64,000 nt of DNA, taken from the NCBI RefSeq assembly GCF_963921235.1, contig NC_086101.1:10356001-10420000 (forward strand), read 5' to 3'. Of the stretch, positions 25,317 through 38,900 are shown piece by piece. How positions within the stretch are numbered: the first letter of the stretch is position 1; each line of letters opens with the position of its first letter. Source of the stretch: Mobula hypostoma (taxonomy: Eukaryota). The notes under the pieces were generated by a model, which saw only the letters and a program-made list of their open reading frames with translations, was not told the origin of the DNA and did not search any database. A program made the position numbers and the translations under genes.

Positions 25317-26967
25317 ATGGAAACCACAGAAAAACTACAGCACAGAAACAGGCCTTTTGGCCCTTCTTAGCTGTGCTGAACCATTTTCTGCCTAGTCCCA
25401 CTGACCTGCACACGGACCATATCCCTCCATACACCTCCCATCCATGTATCTGTCCAATTTATTCTTAAATGTTAAAAAAGAACCCGCATTTACCACCTCC
25501 TCTGGCAGCTCATTCCACACTCCCTCCACTCTCTGTGTGAAGAAGCCGCCCCTAATGTTCCCTTTAAACTTTTCCCCCCTCACCCTTAACCCATGTCCTC
25601 TGGTTTTTTTCTCTCCTTGCCTCAGTGGTAAAAGCCTGCTTGCATTCACACTATGTATACCTATCATAATTTTATATACGTCTATCAGATCTCCCCTCAT
25701 TCTTCTACGCTCCAGGGAATGAAGTCCTAACCTATTCAACCTTTCTCTGTAACTTAGTTTTTCAACTCCCAGCAACATCCTTGTAAACCTTCTCTGCACT
25801 CTTTCAACTTTATTAATATCCTTCCTGTAATTTGGTGACCAAAACTGAACACAATACTCCAGATTCGGCCTCACCAATGCCTTATACAACCGCATCACTC
25901 AATACTTCGATTAATAAAGGCCAATGTACCAAAAGCTCTCTTTACGACCCTATCTACCTGTGACGCCACTTTTAGGGAATTTTGTATCTGTATTCCCAGA
26001 TCCCTCTGTTCCACTCCACTCCTCAGTGCCTTACCATTAACCCTGTATGTTCTACCTTGGTTTGTCCTTCCAAAGTGCAATACCTCACAGTTGTCTGTAT
26101 TAAACTCTATCTGCCATTTTTCAGCAGATTTTTCTAGCTGGTCCAAATCCCTCTGCAAGCTTTCAAAACCTTCCTCACTATCCACTACACCTCCAATCTT
26201 TGTATGATCAGCAAATTTGCTGATCCAATTTACCACATTATCATCCAGATCATTGCTATAGATGACAAATAGCAATGGACCCAGCACTGATCCCTGTGGC
26301 ACACCACTAGTTACAGGCCTCCACTCTGAGAAGCAATCCTCTACTACCACTCTTTGGCTTCTTCCATTGAGCCAATGTCTAATCCAATTTACCACCTCTC
26401 CATGTATACCTAGCGATTGAATTTTCCTAACTAACCTCCCATGCGGGACCTTGTCAAAGGCCTTACTGAAGTCCATGTAGACAAGATCCACTGCCTTCCC
26501 TTCACCCACTTTCCTGGTAACCTCCTCGAAAAACTCCAATAGATTGGTCAAACATGACCTACCATGCACAAAGCCATGTTGACTCTCCCTAATAAGTCCC
26601 AGTCTATCCAAATGCTTGTAGATTCTGTCTCTTAGTACTCCCAACAATAACTTACCCACTACCGACGTCAAACTTACCGGCCTATAATTTCGCGGATTAC
26701 TTTTCGATCCTTTTTAAACAACGGAACAACATGAGCCACTCTCCAATCCTCCAGCACCTCACCCGTAGACACCGACATTTTAAGTATATCTGCCAGGGCC
26801 CCTGCAATTTCAACACTAGTCTCCTTTAAGGTCTGAGGGAATATCCTGTCAGGTCCTGGGGATTTATCCACTTTAATTTGCCTCAAGATAGCAAGCACCT
26901 CCTCCTTTTCAATCTGTACAGTTTCCATCATCTCACTACTTGTTTCCCTTAATTCCATAGACTTCAT
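25317..26967 (-). mobile_element. CR1 LINE, 5'-truncated, nested
   Basis: ORFs 25392..25898, 25895..26671 and 26674..26967; closely similar to 12378-13624. Confidence 0.95.
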
Positions 26968-28104
26968 TTCAACAGTCTGTAGTTTTCAATGAAATCCCCT
27001 CTCCCCTCCCCGCATTCTTCTAAATTCCCGTGAGTCCAGGCTCAAAGCTGCCAAACACTCCTTGTATGTTAACCCTTTCATTCTCAGAATCATCCTCTTG
27101 AACCTCCTCTGGACTCTCTCCAATTACAACCCATTATTTCTAAGATATGTGGCCCAAAACTGTTGACAATACTCTCAATGCAGCCTGACTAGTGTCGTAT
27201 AAAGCCTCAGCATTATCTCCTTGTTTTTGCATTGTATTCCCCTTGAAATGAATAACAACATTGCATTTGCCTTCTTTACCACAAACTCAACCTGTAAGTT
27301 AACATTCCGGGAGTCTTGCATGAGGAATCCTAAGGCCCTTTGCACTTCTGATGTTTGAATTTTCTCCCCATTCAGATAACAGTTTGCACCTTTGTTCATT
27401 TTACCAAAATGCAGTATCATACATTTCCCAGCGCTGTATTCCATCTGCCACTTTTTTGCCCATTCTTCCAATTTGTCCAAGTCCTTCTGCAATCTCATTG
27501 CTTCCTGGGCACTACCTACCCCTTCACCTATTTTTGTATCATGTGCAAACTTTGCCACAGAGCCATCAATTCTATTATCTAAATCATCGGCAAACAATGT
27601 GAAAAGTAGCGGTTCCAATACTGATCCCTGAGGAATACCACTAGTCACTGGCAGCCAACCAGAAAAGGTCCCCTTTGTTCCCATTCGCTGTCTCCTGTCT
27701 GTCAGCCATTCCTCTATGTATGCCAGTATCTTTCCTGCAATGCTATGGGATTTTATCTTGTTAAGCAGCCTCAAATGTAGCACCTTATCAAATATTTTCT
27801 GAAAATTCCTGTAAGTGACATCCACTGCCTCTCATTTGTCCACCCTGCTTGTTACTTCCTCAATGAACTCTTAACAGATTTGTCAGCAAAGATTTCCTTT
27901 TACAGAAACCATGCTGACGTTGACTTATTTTATCATTAGTCTCCAAGTACCCTGAAACCTCATTCTTAATATTAAACTCCAACCCTTTCGCAACCACTGT
28001 CAGGCTAACTGGCCTATAATTTCCTTTCTTTTGCCTTCCTCCCTCCTGAAAAAGTGGAGTGACATTTGCAATTCTCCAGTCCTCTGCAACCATGCCAGAA
28101 TCAA

Positions 28105-28864
28105 GTATTCCGCAGGGATCGATCCCTCCACAACTCACTTATCCGCACGTCCATCCCCTCGGATCTGGCACCCGGCACTTATCCCTGTAAGCGTAAGTGC
28201 TACACCTGTCCCTACACCTCCTCTCTTGCCACCATTCAGGGCCCCAAACAGTCCTTCCAGGTGAGGCAACACTTCACTTGCGAATCTGTTGGGGTCATCT
28301 ATTGCATCCGGTGCTCCCGGTGTGGCCTCCTCTATATCGGTGAAACCTGACGCAGATTGGGGGACCGCTTCGTCGAGCACCTCCACTCCGTCCGCCACAA
28401 CAGACAGGATCTCCCGGTAGCCACCCGCTTCAACTCTGCTTCCCATTCCCATTCACATATGCCCATACATGGCCTCCTCTACTGCCATGATGAGGCTAAA
28501 CTCAGGATGAAGGAGCAACACCTCGTATACCGTCTAGGTAGTCTCCAGCCCCTTGGTATGAACATAGAATTCTCCAACTTCCGGTAATTCCCTCCTCCTC
28601 CCTTCCTCTATCCCTATTTCACATCACCTCCCTCATAGTTCTGCCTCCTTCTACTACTGCACATTGTTCTCCTGCCAATCACCTCCCTGCTTCCCCTCCC
28701 CCACCCCTTTATCTTTCAAATTACTGCTTTTTTCAACTACCAGCATTCTTCAAACCCTCCCCAAAGTTCTTCCTTCAGTCCTGATGAAGGGTTTTGGCCC
28801 GAAACGTCGACTAATCTTTTCAACTGATGCTGACTGACCTGCTGAGTTCCTCCAGCGCATTGTG
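28105..28864 (+). mobile_element. Penelope-like element 3' part, comparatively young (CpG retained)
   Basis: VIYCIRCSRCGLLYIGET*RRLGDRFVEH GIY-YIG domain ...GSLQPLGMNIEF, followed by the terminal repeat. Confidence 0.9.
28777..28812 (+). ncRNA. Minimal type I hammerhead ribozyme motif in the Penelope terminal repeat
   Basis: AGTC-CTGATGA-A-GGGT(TTTG)GCCC-GAAA-CG-TC-GACT: helix I AGTC/GACT, intact CUGAUGA and GAAA cores, helix II hairpin, palindromic ACGT helix III and a GUC cleavage triplet. Confidence 0.75.
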
Positions 28865-30132
28865 AGTGATTTTTGAAAGATCATGTCTGCTATCTCTTCA
28901 ACAACCTCTCTCAAGATTCTGGGATATAGTCCATCCGGTCCAGGTGACTTATCCCACATTAAAATCTTTGAGTTTGCTAGCACTTTTTCCTTTGTAATAC
29001 CAATGACACTCACCACTGCTCCCTGACACTCATGGACCTCTGGCACCCTGCTAGTGTCTTGCACAGTGAAGACTGATGCAAAGAACTCATTAAATTCATC
29101 TGCCATTTCTTTGTCCCTCATTACTACCTCACCAGCATCATTTTCCAGTGGTTCAGTTTCAACCCTCACCTTCCTTTTACTCTTCATATAACTGAAGAAA
29201 TACTTTTAGTATCCTGCTTTATGTTATTGGTTAGTTTACCCTCATGTTTCGTCTTTTCCCTTCTTATGGCTTTTTCAATTGCCTTTTGCTGGATTTTGAA
29301 AACTTCCCAATCATCCAATTTCCCACTCACTTTTGCCCTTTCCCTGGCTTTTATGCAGTACTTAACTTCCCTTGCCAGCCACGGTTGACTACCCCTGCCA
29401 TTTCAGAACTACTTCTGTGGGACATATCTATCCTGTGCCTTGTGCACTATTCCCAGAAGCATCAGCCACCTCTGCTCTGCTGTCATCCGTGCCAGTATCC
29501 TCCTCCAATCCACCTGAGCGAGCTCCTCTCTCATGCTTCTGTAATTCCCTTTATTCCATTGCAATACTGACACATCTGACTTGTGCTTCTCCTTCTCAAG
29601 TTGCAGTATGAATTCAATCATATTGTGATCTCTGCCTCCAAAGTATTCCTTTACCTTAAGCTCCATAATAAAATCTGGATTATTAAATAACACCAATCAA
29701 AGATAGCCTTTCCCCTTGTAGGCTCAAGCACAAGCTGCTCTAAAAAGCCATCTTGTTGGCATTCAACAAATACCCTTTCTTGCAATCCAAATCCAACCTG
29801 ATTTTCCCAATTCCCTTGCATATTGAAGTTCCCCATTACAATTGTAACATAACTTATTAAATTCCCTTTCCAGCTCCCTTTGCAATCTCCCTTTGAAAAC
29901 TGGATAGATCCTGGGGTTTGTTTATTTACAGCAGTGACTTTCAAAGTTCAAAGTAAATTTATTATCGAAGTACATATTTCACCATATACAATTTTTGAAA
30001 TATTCATTTTTGAGTGTCCATATTCAATAGAACCATAGAATAATAACTATAACTGGTTGAACACACTGATTGGGCATTGAACCAGTGTACAAAATACAAC
30101 GATCTCTGTAAAAACGAAAAGAAAGAAATATC

Positions 30133-30573
30133 ATACGAGGAACGTTTGATGGCTCTTGGTCTGTACTCGCTGGAATTAAGAAAGATGAGGGATGGGGGAT
30201 CTCACTGAAACCTTCCGAATGTTGAAAGGCCAAGACAGAGTGAATGTGGAAAGGATGTTCCCCATGGTGGGGGAGTCCAGGACAAGCGGGCACAGCCTCA
30301 GGATAGAGGAGTGCCCATTTAAAACAGAGATGTGGAGAAATTTCTTCAGCCAGAGAGTGATGCATTTGTGGAATTTGTTACTACATATAGCCATGGAGGC
30401 CAGGTCATCGGGGTCTATTTAAGGCAGAGATTGACAGGTTCTTGATTGGCCATGGGATCAAAGGTTACAGGAATGGGGTTGAGCAAGGGATAAAGGGATC
30501 AGCTGTGATTGAATAGCGGAGCAGACTTGATGGTCCAAATGGCCTAATTCTGCTCCTACGTCTTATGGTCTTA
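30133..30573 (+). mobile_element. CR1 LINE 3' end
   Basis: GDLTETFRML...RNFFSQRVMHLWN motifs and CR1 tail. Confidence 0.85.
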
Positions 30574-30609
30574 TAAGCAATAAATATCGAGAACATGAGT
30601 TATCTGAGC

Positions 30610-30830
30610 GACTTTGCGGCGAGACAGCTTTTCTTTTATAAAATCCATGACAACCATGGTGTCTTCATTCATATCCACAAATAAGTCCTTGAACAGGGCC
30701 CAGTCTGCTGACTCGAAGCAATCCTGTAGCCACTCCTCTGTCTCCAGCGACCACCTCTTTGTTGTCCTAATTTCTAAAGCCTTGCTCTTCCGCCTCTTCT
30801 GTGACCTATCTTTCAGACTGTGACAGGCAC
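30610..30830 (-). mobile_element. Rex1/Babar-type fragment
   Basis: RTTKRWSLETEEWLQDCFESADW motif. Confidence 0.65.
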
Positions 30831-31369
30831 TAATTGTCTGGAAGGAGGAAGGAGGGAAACTTCCTGTTCCCCGCACTGAAACTCATTGGCAAGGCTGTGG
30901 GGGCTTCCCGGGTCTGGGTGTTGGGGCAAACTGCACAGCTCATTGGAGAGATCCCACTCCTCCCTCCGCTTTCACTCTTGTTATTTGTGTTTCCGGGGCT
31001 GTCTTGTTGCACATTTCATATTTCCATCGCTTATTGATTCAGTCGGTGGTTGGGAGAGGGGTCTTGTTGGAAGTCTTTAAAAACTCATACAGGAGATTGA
31101 TGGTTAGAGATGAGCTGGATATTGTGTACTGAGAAGAGGAGGACGGCATGGAGCATGTACACCAACAGACTGTTTGGGATAATTATCTGAATGTCCTGTT
31201 TTTCTGACAAAAGTGTGATTTGAATTTTCTGAACCTCATATTTTATTTGTTATGGGGGGAGCCCATTTGGCTCAGGGAGTCTGTGTGGAATCCAACAGCA
31301 GTGACTTTTGTTCTATTTCCCTGTATTTACCCCAGAAACTTATTACTCTTGAGTGCCAAATAAAGTAGG

Positions 31370-31520
31370 GGAATTTACAGCAGCCGATTAACCTATCAAC
31401 CAACCCATCTTCGGGATGTGGGAGGACACTGGAGCTCCCAGGGGAAACCCATCAGTCTCAGACTGTGCAACTCCCAACAGACAGTCCCAGACTGAGGTCG
31501 GGATGGAACCAGTGTCACTG
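31370..31520 (-). mobile_element. Decayed V-SINE-like SINE
   Basis: Minus-strand tgggtttcccctgggagctccagtgtcctcccacatccc core. Confidence 0.55.
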
Positions 31521-31539
31521 ATTGAAGTGAAGAAGCAGC

Positions 31540-34500
31540 ACCATTACTCTTGATAATCTAAAAGTTGCAAGCAATTGTCTCCCAGGACCCACAGTCCTGT
31601 TAGTCACAGTCACTCTGCGGGAAGCATTTCCAGACATTTTGAGTGGACACAAATTGTGACCAGCAGACATTGTTTGTCTGCAGGCAGTTCCACACATGGA
31701 GGGGCTTTGGAGAGGTGGATTTTCAGCAGCTTGACAAAACACTGACTCTCAAATTCTCCGTCTTGATCTAGTCATGGCCAAGAGCTGGTCTGAAATACGA
31801 GGGTGATACTCAGTAACTATTTCCTCAACTTCAGAGAGTCGTAGTGGAGAACCCCACTGGATACAGTCCTAATCCGTAAATTGCTGATCCTTCTTGTCAA
31901 AAAGTCATAGCTCAGAATATCGGGCTTCCCTATTGAGTGTAAATCTGAGCTTCTTGAAAGGACGATTCCATATTGTTTCTTCAGGAAATTTGCTTGTTGC
32001 TCACAATAGACAATAGGTGCAGGAGTAGGCCATTCGGCCCTTCGAGCCAGCACCGCCATTCACTGTGATCATGGCTGATCATCCAGCATCAGTATCCAGT
32101 TCCTGCCTTATCACCATAACCTTTGATTCCGCTATCTTTAAGAGCTCTATCCATCTCTTTTTTGAAAGCATCCAGAGACTTGGCCTCCACAGCCTTCTGG
32201 GGCAGAGCATTCCACATATCCACCACTCCCTGGCTGAAAAAGTTTTTCCTCAACTCCGTTCTAAATGGCCTACCCCTTATTCTTAAACTGTGGCTTCTGG
32301 TTTTGGACTCACCCATCAGCGGGAACATGCTTCCTGCCTGCAGCGTGTTCAATCCCTTAATAATCTTATATGTTTCAATAAGATCCCCTCTCAGCCTTCT
32401 AAATTCCAGAGTACACAAGCCCAGTCGCTCCAATCCTTGGACATATGACAGTCCCACCATCCCGGGAATTAACCTTGTGAACCTACGCTGCACTCCCTCT
32501 ATAGCAAGAATGTCCTTCCTCAAATTTGGAGAGCAAAACTGCACACAGTACTCCAGGTGTGGTCTCACCAGGGCCCTGTACAGCTGCAGAAGGACCTCTG
32601 CTCTTATAATCAATTCCCCTTGTTATGAAGGCCAGCATGCCTTTAGCTTTCTTCACTGCCTGCTGTACCTGCATGCTTGCTTTCAGTGACTGATGTACAA
32701 GAACACCTAGATCTCGTTGTGCTTCCCCTTTTCCTAACTTGTCACCATTTAGATAATAATCTGCCTTCCTGTTCTTACCACCAAAGTGGATAACCTCACA
32801 TTTATCCACATTAAACTGCATCTGCCATGCATCTGCCCACTCACCCAGCCTATCCAAGTCACCCTGCATTCTCATAACATCCTCCTCACATTTCACACTG
32901 CCTCCCAGGTTTGTGTCATCGGCAAATTTGCTAATGTTACTTTTAATTCCCTCCTCTAAATCATTAATATATATTGTAAACAGCTGCGGTCCCAGCACTG
33001 AACCCTGCGGTACCCCACTGGTCACCGCCTGCCATTCCGAAAGGGACCCTTTAATCGCTACTCTTTGTTTTCTGTCAGCCAGCCAATTTTCAATCCATGT
33101 CAGTACTCTGCCCCCAATACCATGTGCCCTAATTTTGCCCACTAATCTCCTATGTGGGACTTTATCAAAGGCTTTCTGAAACTTCAGGTACACTACATCC
33201 ACTGGCTCTCCCTTGTCCATTTTCATAGTTATATCCTAAAAAAATTCCAGAAGATTAGTCAAGCGTGATTTCCCCTTTGTAAATCCATGCTGACTCGGAC
33301 CAATCCTGTTACCACTATCCAGATGTGTCGTAATTTCATCTTTTATAATTGACTCCAGCATCTTTCCCACCACCGACGTCAGGCTAACCAGTCTATAATT
33401 CCCTGTTTTCTCTCTTCCTCCCTTCTTGAAGAGAGGGACAACATTAGCCACCCTCCAATCCACAGGAACTGATCCTGAATCTATAGAACATTGGAAAATA
33501 ATTACCAATGCGTCCACGATTTCTAAAGCCACCTCCTTAAGTACCCTGGGATGCAGACCATCAGGTCCCGGGGACTTATCAGCCTTCAGACCCAACAGCC
33601 TATCCAACACCATTTCCTGCCTAATATAAATTTCCTTCAATTCATCCATTACTCTAGGTCTTTTGGCCACTATTACATCTGGGAGATTGTTTGTGTCTTC
33701 CCCAGTGAAGACAGATCCAAAGTACCTGTTCAACTCGTCTGCCATTTCCTTGTTCCCCATAATAAATTCACCCGTTTCTGTCTTCAAGAGCCCAATTTTG
33801 GTCTTAACTATTTTTATCCTTTTCACATACCTAAAGAAGCTTTTACTATCCTCCTTTATATTCTTCGCTAGTTTACGTTCGTACCTCATTTTTTCTCCAT
33901 GTATTACCTTTTTAGTTACCTTCTGTTACTCTTTAAAAGTTTCCCAATACTCCGGCTTCCCACTTGTCTTTGCTATGTTATACTTCTTCTCTTAGCAATG
34001 ACCTTAGCAATACGTCTCTGAACTGTAGTGTGCCAGTGACCTGTAAAAGTTAGTGCTTTTCTGCAATGCAGGAGACCAATTCTATCTGGCCTCTGGTCAA
34101 GCTGACTCCTGAAGTAGTTGCATGACGATTGACAGCTAATAATTCAACAAACTCAAGACTGACCTGAGTTTGGCTGCATCAGCTGAAGGTGGTACTTTGA
34201 GATTTGCATCGACTTTGCTCTGAGGCCTTGAACTTGAGCATCAGTTTGACAGGCCATGTAATGCTTAATATTTGTGAAAATTGGCATTTTGCATGCTGAT
34301 GCTGATTCCATTAAGACTACAGTCTGACCATCACTACTCCTGGTAGCTCCATATTGAAACCAGGATATCACAAATGAAGCAAAGAACATAATCAGCTGAT
34401 CCAAAATCTCATCTGTTGCACAGTACATAAACTCTGGTGCTGTTTAACCTCCACATGCCCTTTGTGTGAGTTAATTGTAAGACACGTCAGTCACTGGATT

Positions 34501-34910
34501 CAGGCCCATCTGCTGTTTTACAGGTGGATAAATTCATCTTACTGAATCCATTTGCCTGCCCAGTTTCAAAAAAATTGAGTTATGTGTACTGTATGAACTT
34601 TCATGTAGCAATTTAGTCCCACGGCATCACTGTTTCACTCTGCTTTGGAATGACGGGAAATGGGAGCAACCCAATCACAGCTCAAATGGGATAGAATACC
34701 ATGTCTCTTCAGACAGCCCAGTTCATGCACAACTGCTTCTTTTGAGATCTGGAGAAGAGTTTGGGTCTTGTGGAAGGTGTGAGTAGCTTGTACTTCTACA
34801 TGGATCTTCACATAGAAATCCTTTAAAATTGTGTGTGGGTGGGGGTCAAACACCTTCCTTCCTTTCTAAGCTGACAATCCTTTCTGAGTTTAATGTGAAC
34901 CCAGTTTAAT
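31540..34910 (-). mobile_element. Ancient decayed Gypsy pol (RT to integrase), interrupted by CR1 32003-33993
   Basis: 34.6-34.9 kb resembles the RT start. 31.55-31.87 kb yields remnants EYHPRI, SWP*LDQDGE, CQAAENPP, PLHVWN and HSKCLE, resembling integrase HPGI / WWPGLDKDIE / CQ / PLHPWE / HSKWPE. Confidence 0.55.
32003..33993 (-). mobile_element. CR1 LINE, 5'-truncated
   Basis: ORF2 pieces 33236..33889, 32483..33226 and 32089..32613; (CTATTGT)n tail. Confidence 0.95.
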
Positions 34911-35949
34911 ACCCTGCCCCACTGGCTTCTGTGTTTTCAGACTCCCAGATTCTAGGCACAGCTCCTCATCATTATCATACAGATACTCCTCATTCATATC
35001 AGCCGTCGGGAACTTAACGCTGGTGTTTCTCTCCTTCTTGACAGTATTAGCTGTTTTTTTTTACTAATAGTTCTGATAACAACCCTGGTCTGCACCCTAT
35101 CACAGGCATTATACCTTCTCCCCACTGTGCAGGAATTTGCAACTTAAAGCAAACTTGTCTTCTTATTTTTGCCATTCTGATGAAAGGTCCTTGGCCCAAA
35201 ATGTTGACTCATTTTCTTTGCAAATGTTGCCTGGCCTGCTGAAGTCTTCAGAAATTTGGTATACAGCACAATATATGTTACTTGCATATAATTTTCCATT
35301 TCTGAACAACAGTGTTGTTGAACTGAACAATTTTGTCCAAGTTCTCTTTCATTTCCACAATTTTACCCCTTATTCTTTGCCATGTATTAAAAGCCTAGAG
35401 TGCACGTAACTCTTCTGGAGTTAATCAATACTTGGCCATTTGCTTAAACTTTGGGGGAATTTCTCCTTGTGCATATTTTATGGAAAGCAAGAAATGACAC
35501 AAAATACATTAAGTTCAGTTTTTGACAGTGGAAGTGTTGATTGTACTCTGTCACTGTTTACAGCCAGGTTCTTCAGTTGCTCGATCACTTGCTGGCCCTT
35601 TGTGTGAAATCGCACTGCATGTGTTGGTCATGATAAACTTTGTGGCTCATATAGTATTATTGGTTCAGAGTTTAAATGATCAAGCTGTAATCCTGACCTT
35701 AAGGCTTGTTTGTGGAATTTACACATTTTCTCTGTGACTGTGCAGGTTTGCACTGCATGCTTAGTTTCCTCACAGATCTCATAAACTCTCAGATTGGTTG
35801 GCTATTTGGTTGCTGTAAATACTGTAATGACCAGAGGAACATTTGGTGAGTTGATGTGAATGTGAGGAGAATAAAATGAGTTAGGGCAGGATTAATGTCA
35901 GTGGGTGTTTGGTGTTAGCACAAATTTTGTGGACCTGCTGGCCTGTTTC

Positions 35950-38900
35950 CATAGAAACATAGAAAATAGGTGCAGGAGCAGGCCATTCGGCCTTTCGAGC
36001 CTGCACCACCATTCAGTATGATTATGGCTGATCGTCCAACTCAGAACCCTGTACCTGCTTTCTCTCCATACCCCCGATCCCTTTAGCCACAAGGGCCATA
36101 TCTAACTCCCTCTTAAATATAGCCAATGAACTGGCCTCAACTGTTTCCTGTGGCAGAGAATTCCACAGATTCACCACTCTCTGTGTGAAGAAGTTTTTCC
36201 TAATCTCGGTCCTAAAAGGCTTCCCCTTTATCCTCAAACTGTGACCCCCAACATCGGGAACAATCTTCCTGCATCTAGCCTGTCCAATCCCTTTAGGATT
36301 TTATACGTTTCAATCAGATCCCCCCTCAATCTTCTAAATTCCAACGAGTATAAGCCTAGTTCATCCAGTCTTTCATCATATGAAAGTCCTGCCATCCCAG
36401 GAATCAATCTGGTGAACCTTCTTTGTACTCCCTCTATGGCAAGGATGTCTTTCCTCAGATTAGGGGACCAAAACTGCACACAATACTCCAGGTGTGGTCT
36501 CACCAAGGCCTTGTACAACTGCAGTAGTACCTCCCTGCTCCTGTACTCGAATCCTCTCGCTATTAATGCCAGCATACCATTCGCCTTTTTCACTGCCTGC
36601 TGTACTTGCATGCCCACTTTCAATGACTGGTGTATCATGACACCCAGGTCTCGTTGCACTTCCCCTTTTCCTAATCGGGCACCATTCAGATAATAATCTG
36701 TTTTCCTGTTTTTGCCATCAAAGTGGATAACCTCACATTTATCCACATTAAATTGCATTTGCCATGAATTTGCCCACTCACCTAACCTATCCAAGTCACC
36801 CTGCATCCTCTTAGCATCCTCCTCACAGCTAACACTGCCGCCCAGCTTCGTGTCATCCGCAAACTTGGAGATGCTGCATTTAATTCCCTCAACTAAGTCA
36901 TTAATATATATTGTAAACAACTGGGGACCCAGCACTGAGCCTTGCGGTACCCTTGCAGTCACTGCCTGCCATTCTGAAAAGGTCCTGTTTATTCCCACTC
37001 TTTGCTTCCTGTCTGCTAACCAATTCTCCACCCACACCAATACCTTACCCCCAATACCATGTGCTTTAAGTTTGCACACTAATCTCCTGTGTGGGACCTT
37101 GTTAAAAGCCTTTTGAAAATCCAAATATACCACATCCACTGGTTCTGCCCCATCCACTCTACTAGTTACATCCTCATAAAATTCTTATGAGATTTGTCAG
37201 AGATGATTTTCCTTTCACAAGTCCAAGCTGACTTTGTCCGATGATTTCACTGCTTTCCAAATGTGCTGTTATCACATCTTTGATAACTGACTCTAGCATT
37301 TTCCCCACCACCGATGTTAGGCTAACTGGTCTATAATTCCCCAGTTTCTCTCTCCCTCCTTTTTTAAAAAGCGGGGTTACATTATTCACCCTCCAATCCT
37401 CAGGAACGAGTCCAGAATCTAAAGAGTTTTGAAAAATTATGACTAATGCATCCACTATTTCTCTGGCTACTTCCTTAAGCACTCTGGGATGCAGACCATC
37501 TGGCCCTGGGGATTTATCTGCCTTTAATCCCTTCAATTTACCTAACACCATTCCCCGAGTAACATGTATTTCCCTCAGTTCCTCTATCTCACTAGATCCT
37601 CTGTCCCCTACTATTTCCGGAAGATTATTTGTGTCCTCCTTAGTGAAGACAGAACCAAAAAGTAGTTATTCAATTGATCTGCCATGTCCTTGTTCCCATG
37701 ATCAATTCACCTGTTTCTGACTGTAAGAGACGTACATTTGTCTTAACCAATCTTTTTCTCTTCACATATCTATAAAAGCTTTTACAGTCAGTTTATGTTC
37801 CCTGCCAGCTTTCTCTCATAATCTTTTTTCCCTTTCCTAATTAAGCCCTTTGTCCTCCTCTTCTGGACTCTGAATTTCTCCCAGTCCTCAGGTGTGCCGT
37901 TTTTTCTGGCTAATTTGTATGCTTCTTGTTTGGAATTGATACTATCCCTAATTACTCTTGTCAGCCATGGGTGCACTACCTTCCTTGATTTATTCTTTTG
38001 CCAAACTGGGATGAACAATTGTTGTAGTTCATCCATGCGATCTTTAAATGCTTGCCATTGCATATCCACCGTCAACCCTTTAAGTATCATTTGCCAGTCT
38101 ATCTTAGCTAATTCACGTCTCATACCTTCAAAGTTACCCTTCTTTAATTTCAGAACCTTTGTTTCTGAATTAACTATATCACTCTCCATCTTAGTGAAGA
38201 ATTCCACCATTTTACCCGAGGGGCCTCGCACGACAAGATTGCTAATTAACCCTTCCTCATTGCTCAATACCCAGTCTAGAATGGCCTGCTCTGTAGTTGG
38301 TTCCTCGACATGTTGGTTCATAAAACCATCCTGCATACGTTCCAAGAAATCCTCTCGCTCAGCACCCTTACCAATTTGGTTCACCCAATCTATATGTAGA
38401 TGGAAGTCGCCCATTATAACTGCTGTTCCTTTATTGCACGCATTTCTAATTTCCTGTTTAATGCCATCCCCAACCTCACTACTACTGTTAGGTGGCCTGT
38501 ACACAACTCCCACCAGCGTTTTCTGCCCCTTAGTGTTATGCAGCTCTACCCATATCGATTCCACATCCTCCCGGCTAATGTCCTTCCTTTCTATTGCGTT
38601 AATCTCCTCTCTAGCAATGCTACCCCACCTCCTTTCACGTCTATCCCTCCTGAATATTGAATATCCCTGACTGTTGAGCTCCCATCCTTGGTCACCCTGG
38701 AGCCATGTCTCTGTAATCCCAACTATATCATATTCATTAATAACAATCTGCACTTTCAATTCATCCACCTTGTTACGAATGCTCCTTGCATTGACACACA
38801 AAGCCTTCAGGCTTGCTTTTACAACACTCTTGGCCTTTATACAATTATTTTGAAAGTGGCCCTTTTTGATTTTTGCCCTGGATTTGCTGGCCTGCCACTT

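Larger units (their letters stand above)
24985..29940 (-). mobile_element. Older CR1 LINE interrupted by a younger CR1 (25317-26967) and a Penelope fragment (28105-28864)
   Basis: Collinear ORF2 pieces 24993..25304, 27175..27825, 27860..28100, 28870..29187 and 29409..29944. Confidence 0.85.
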
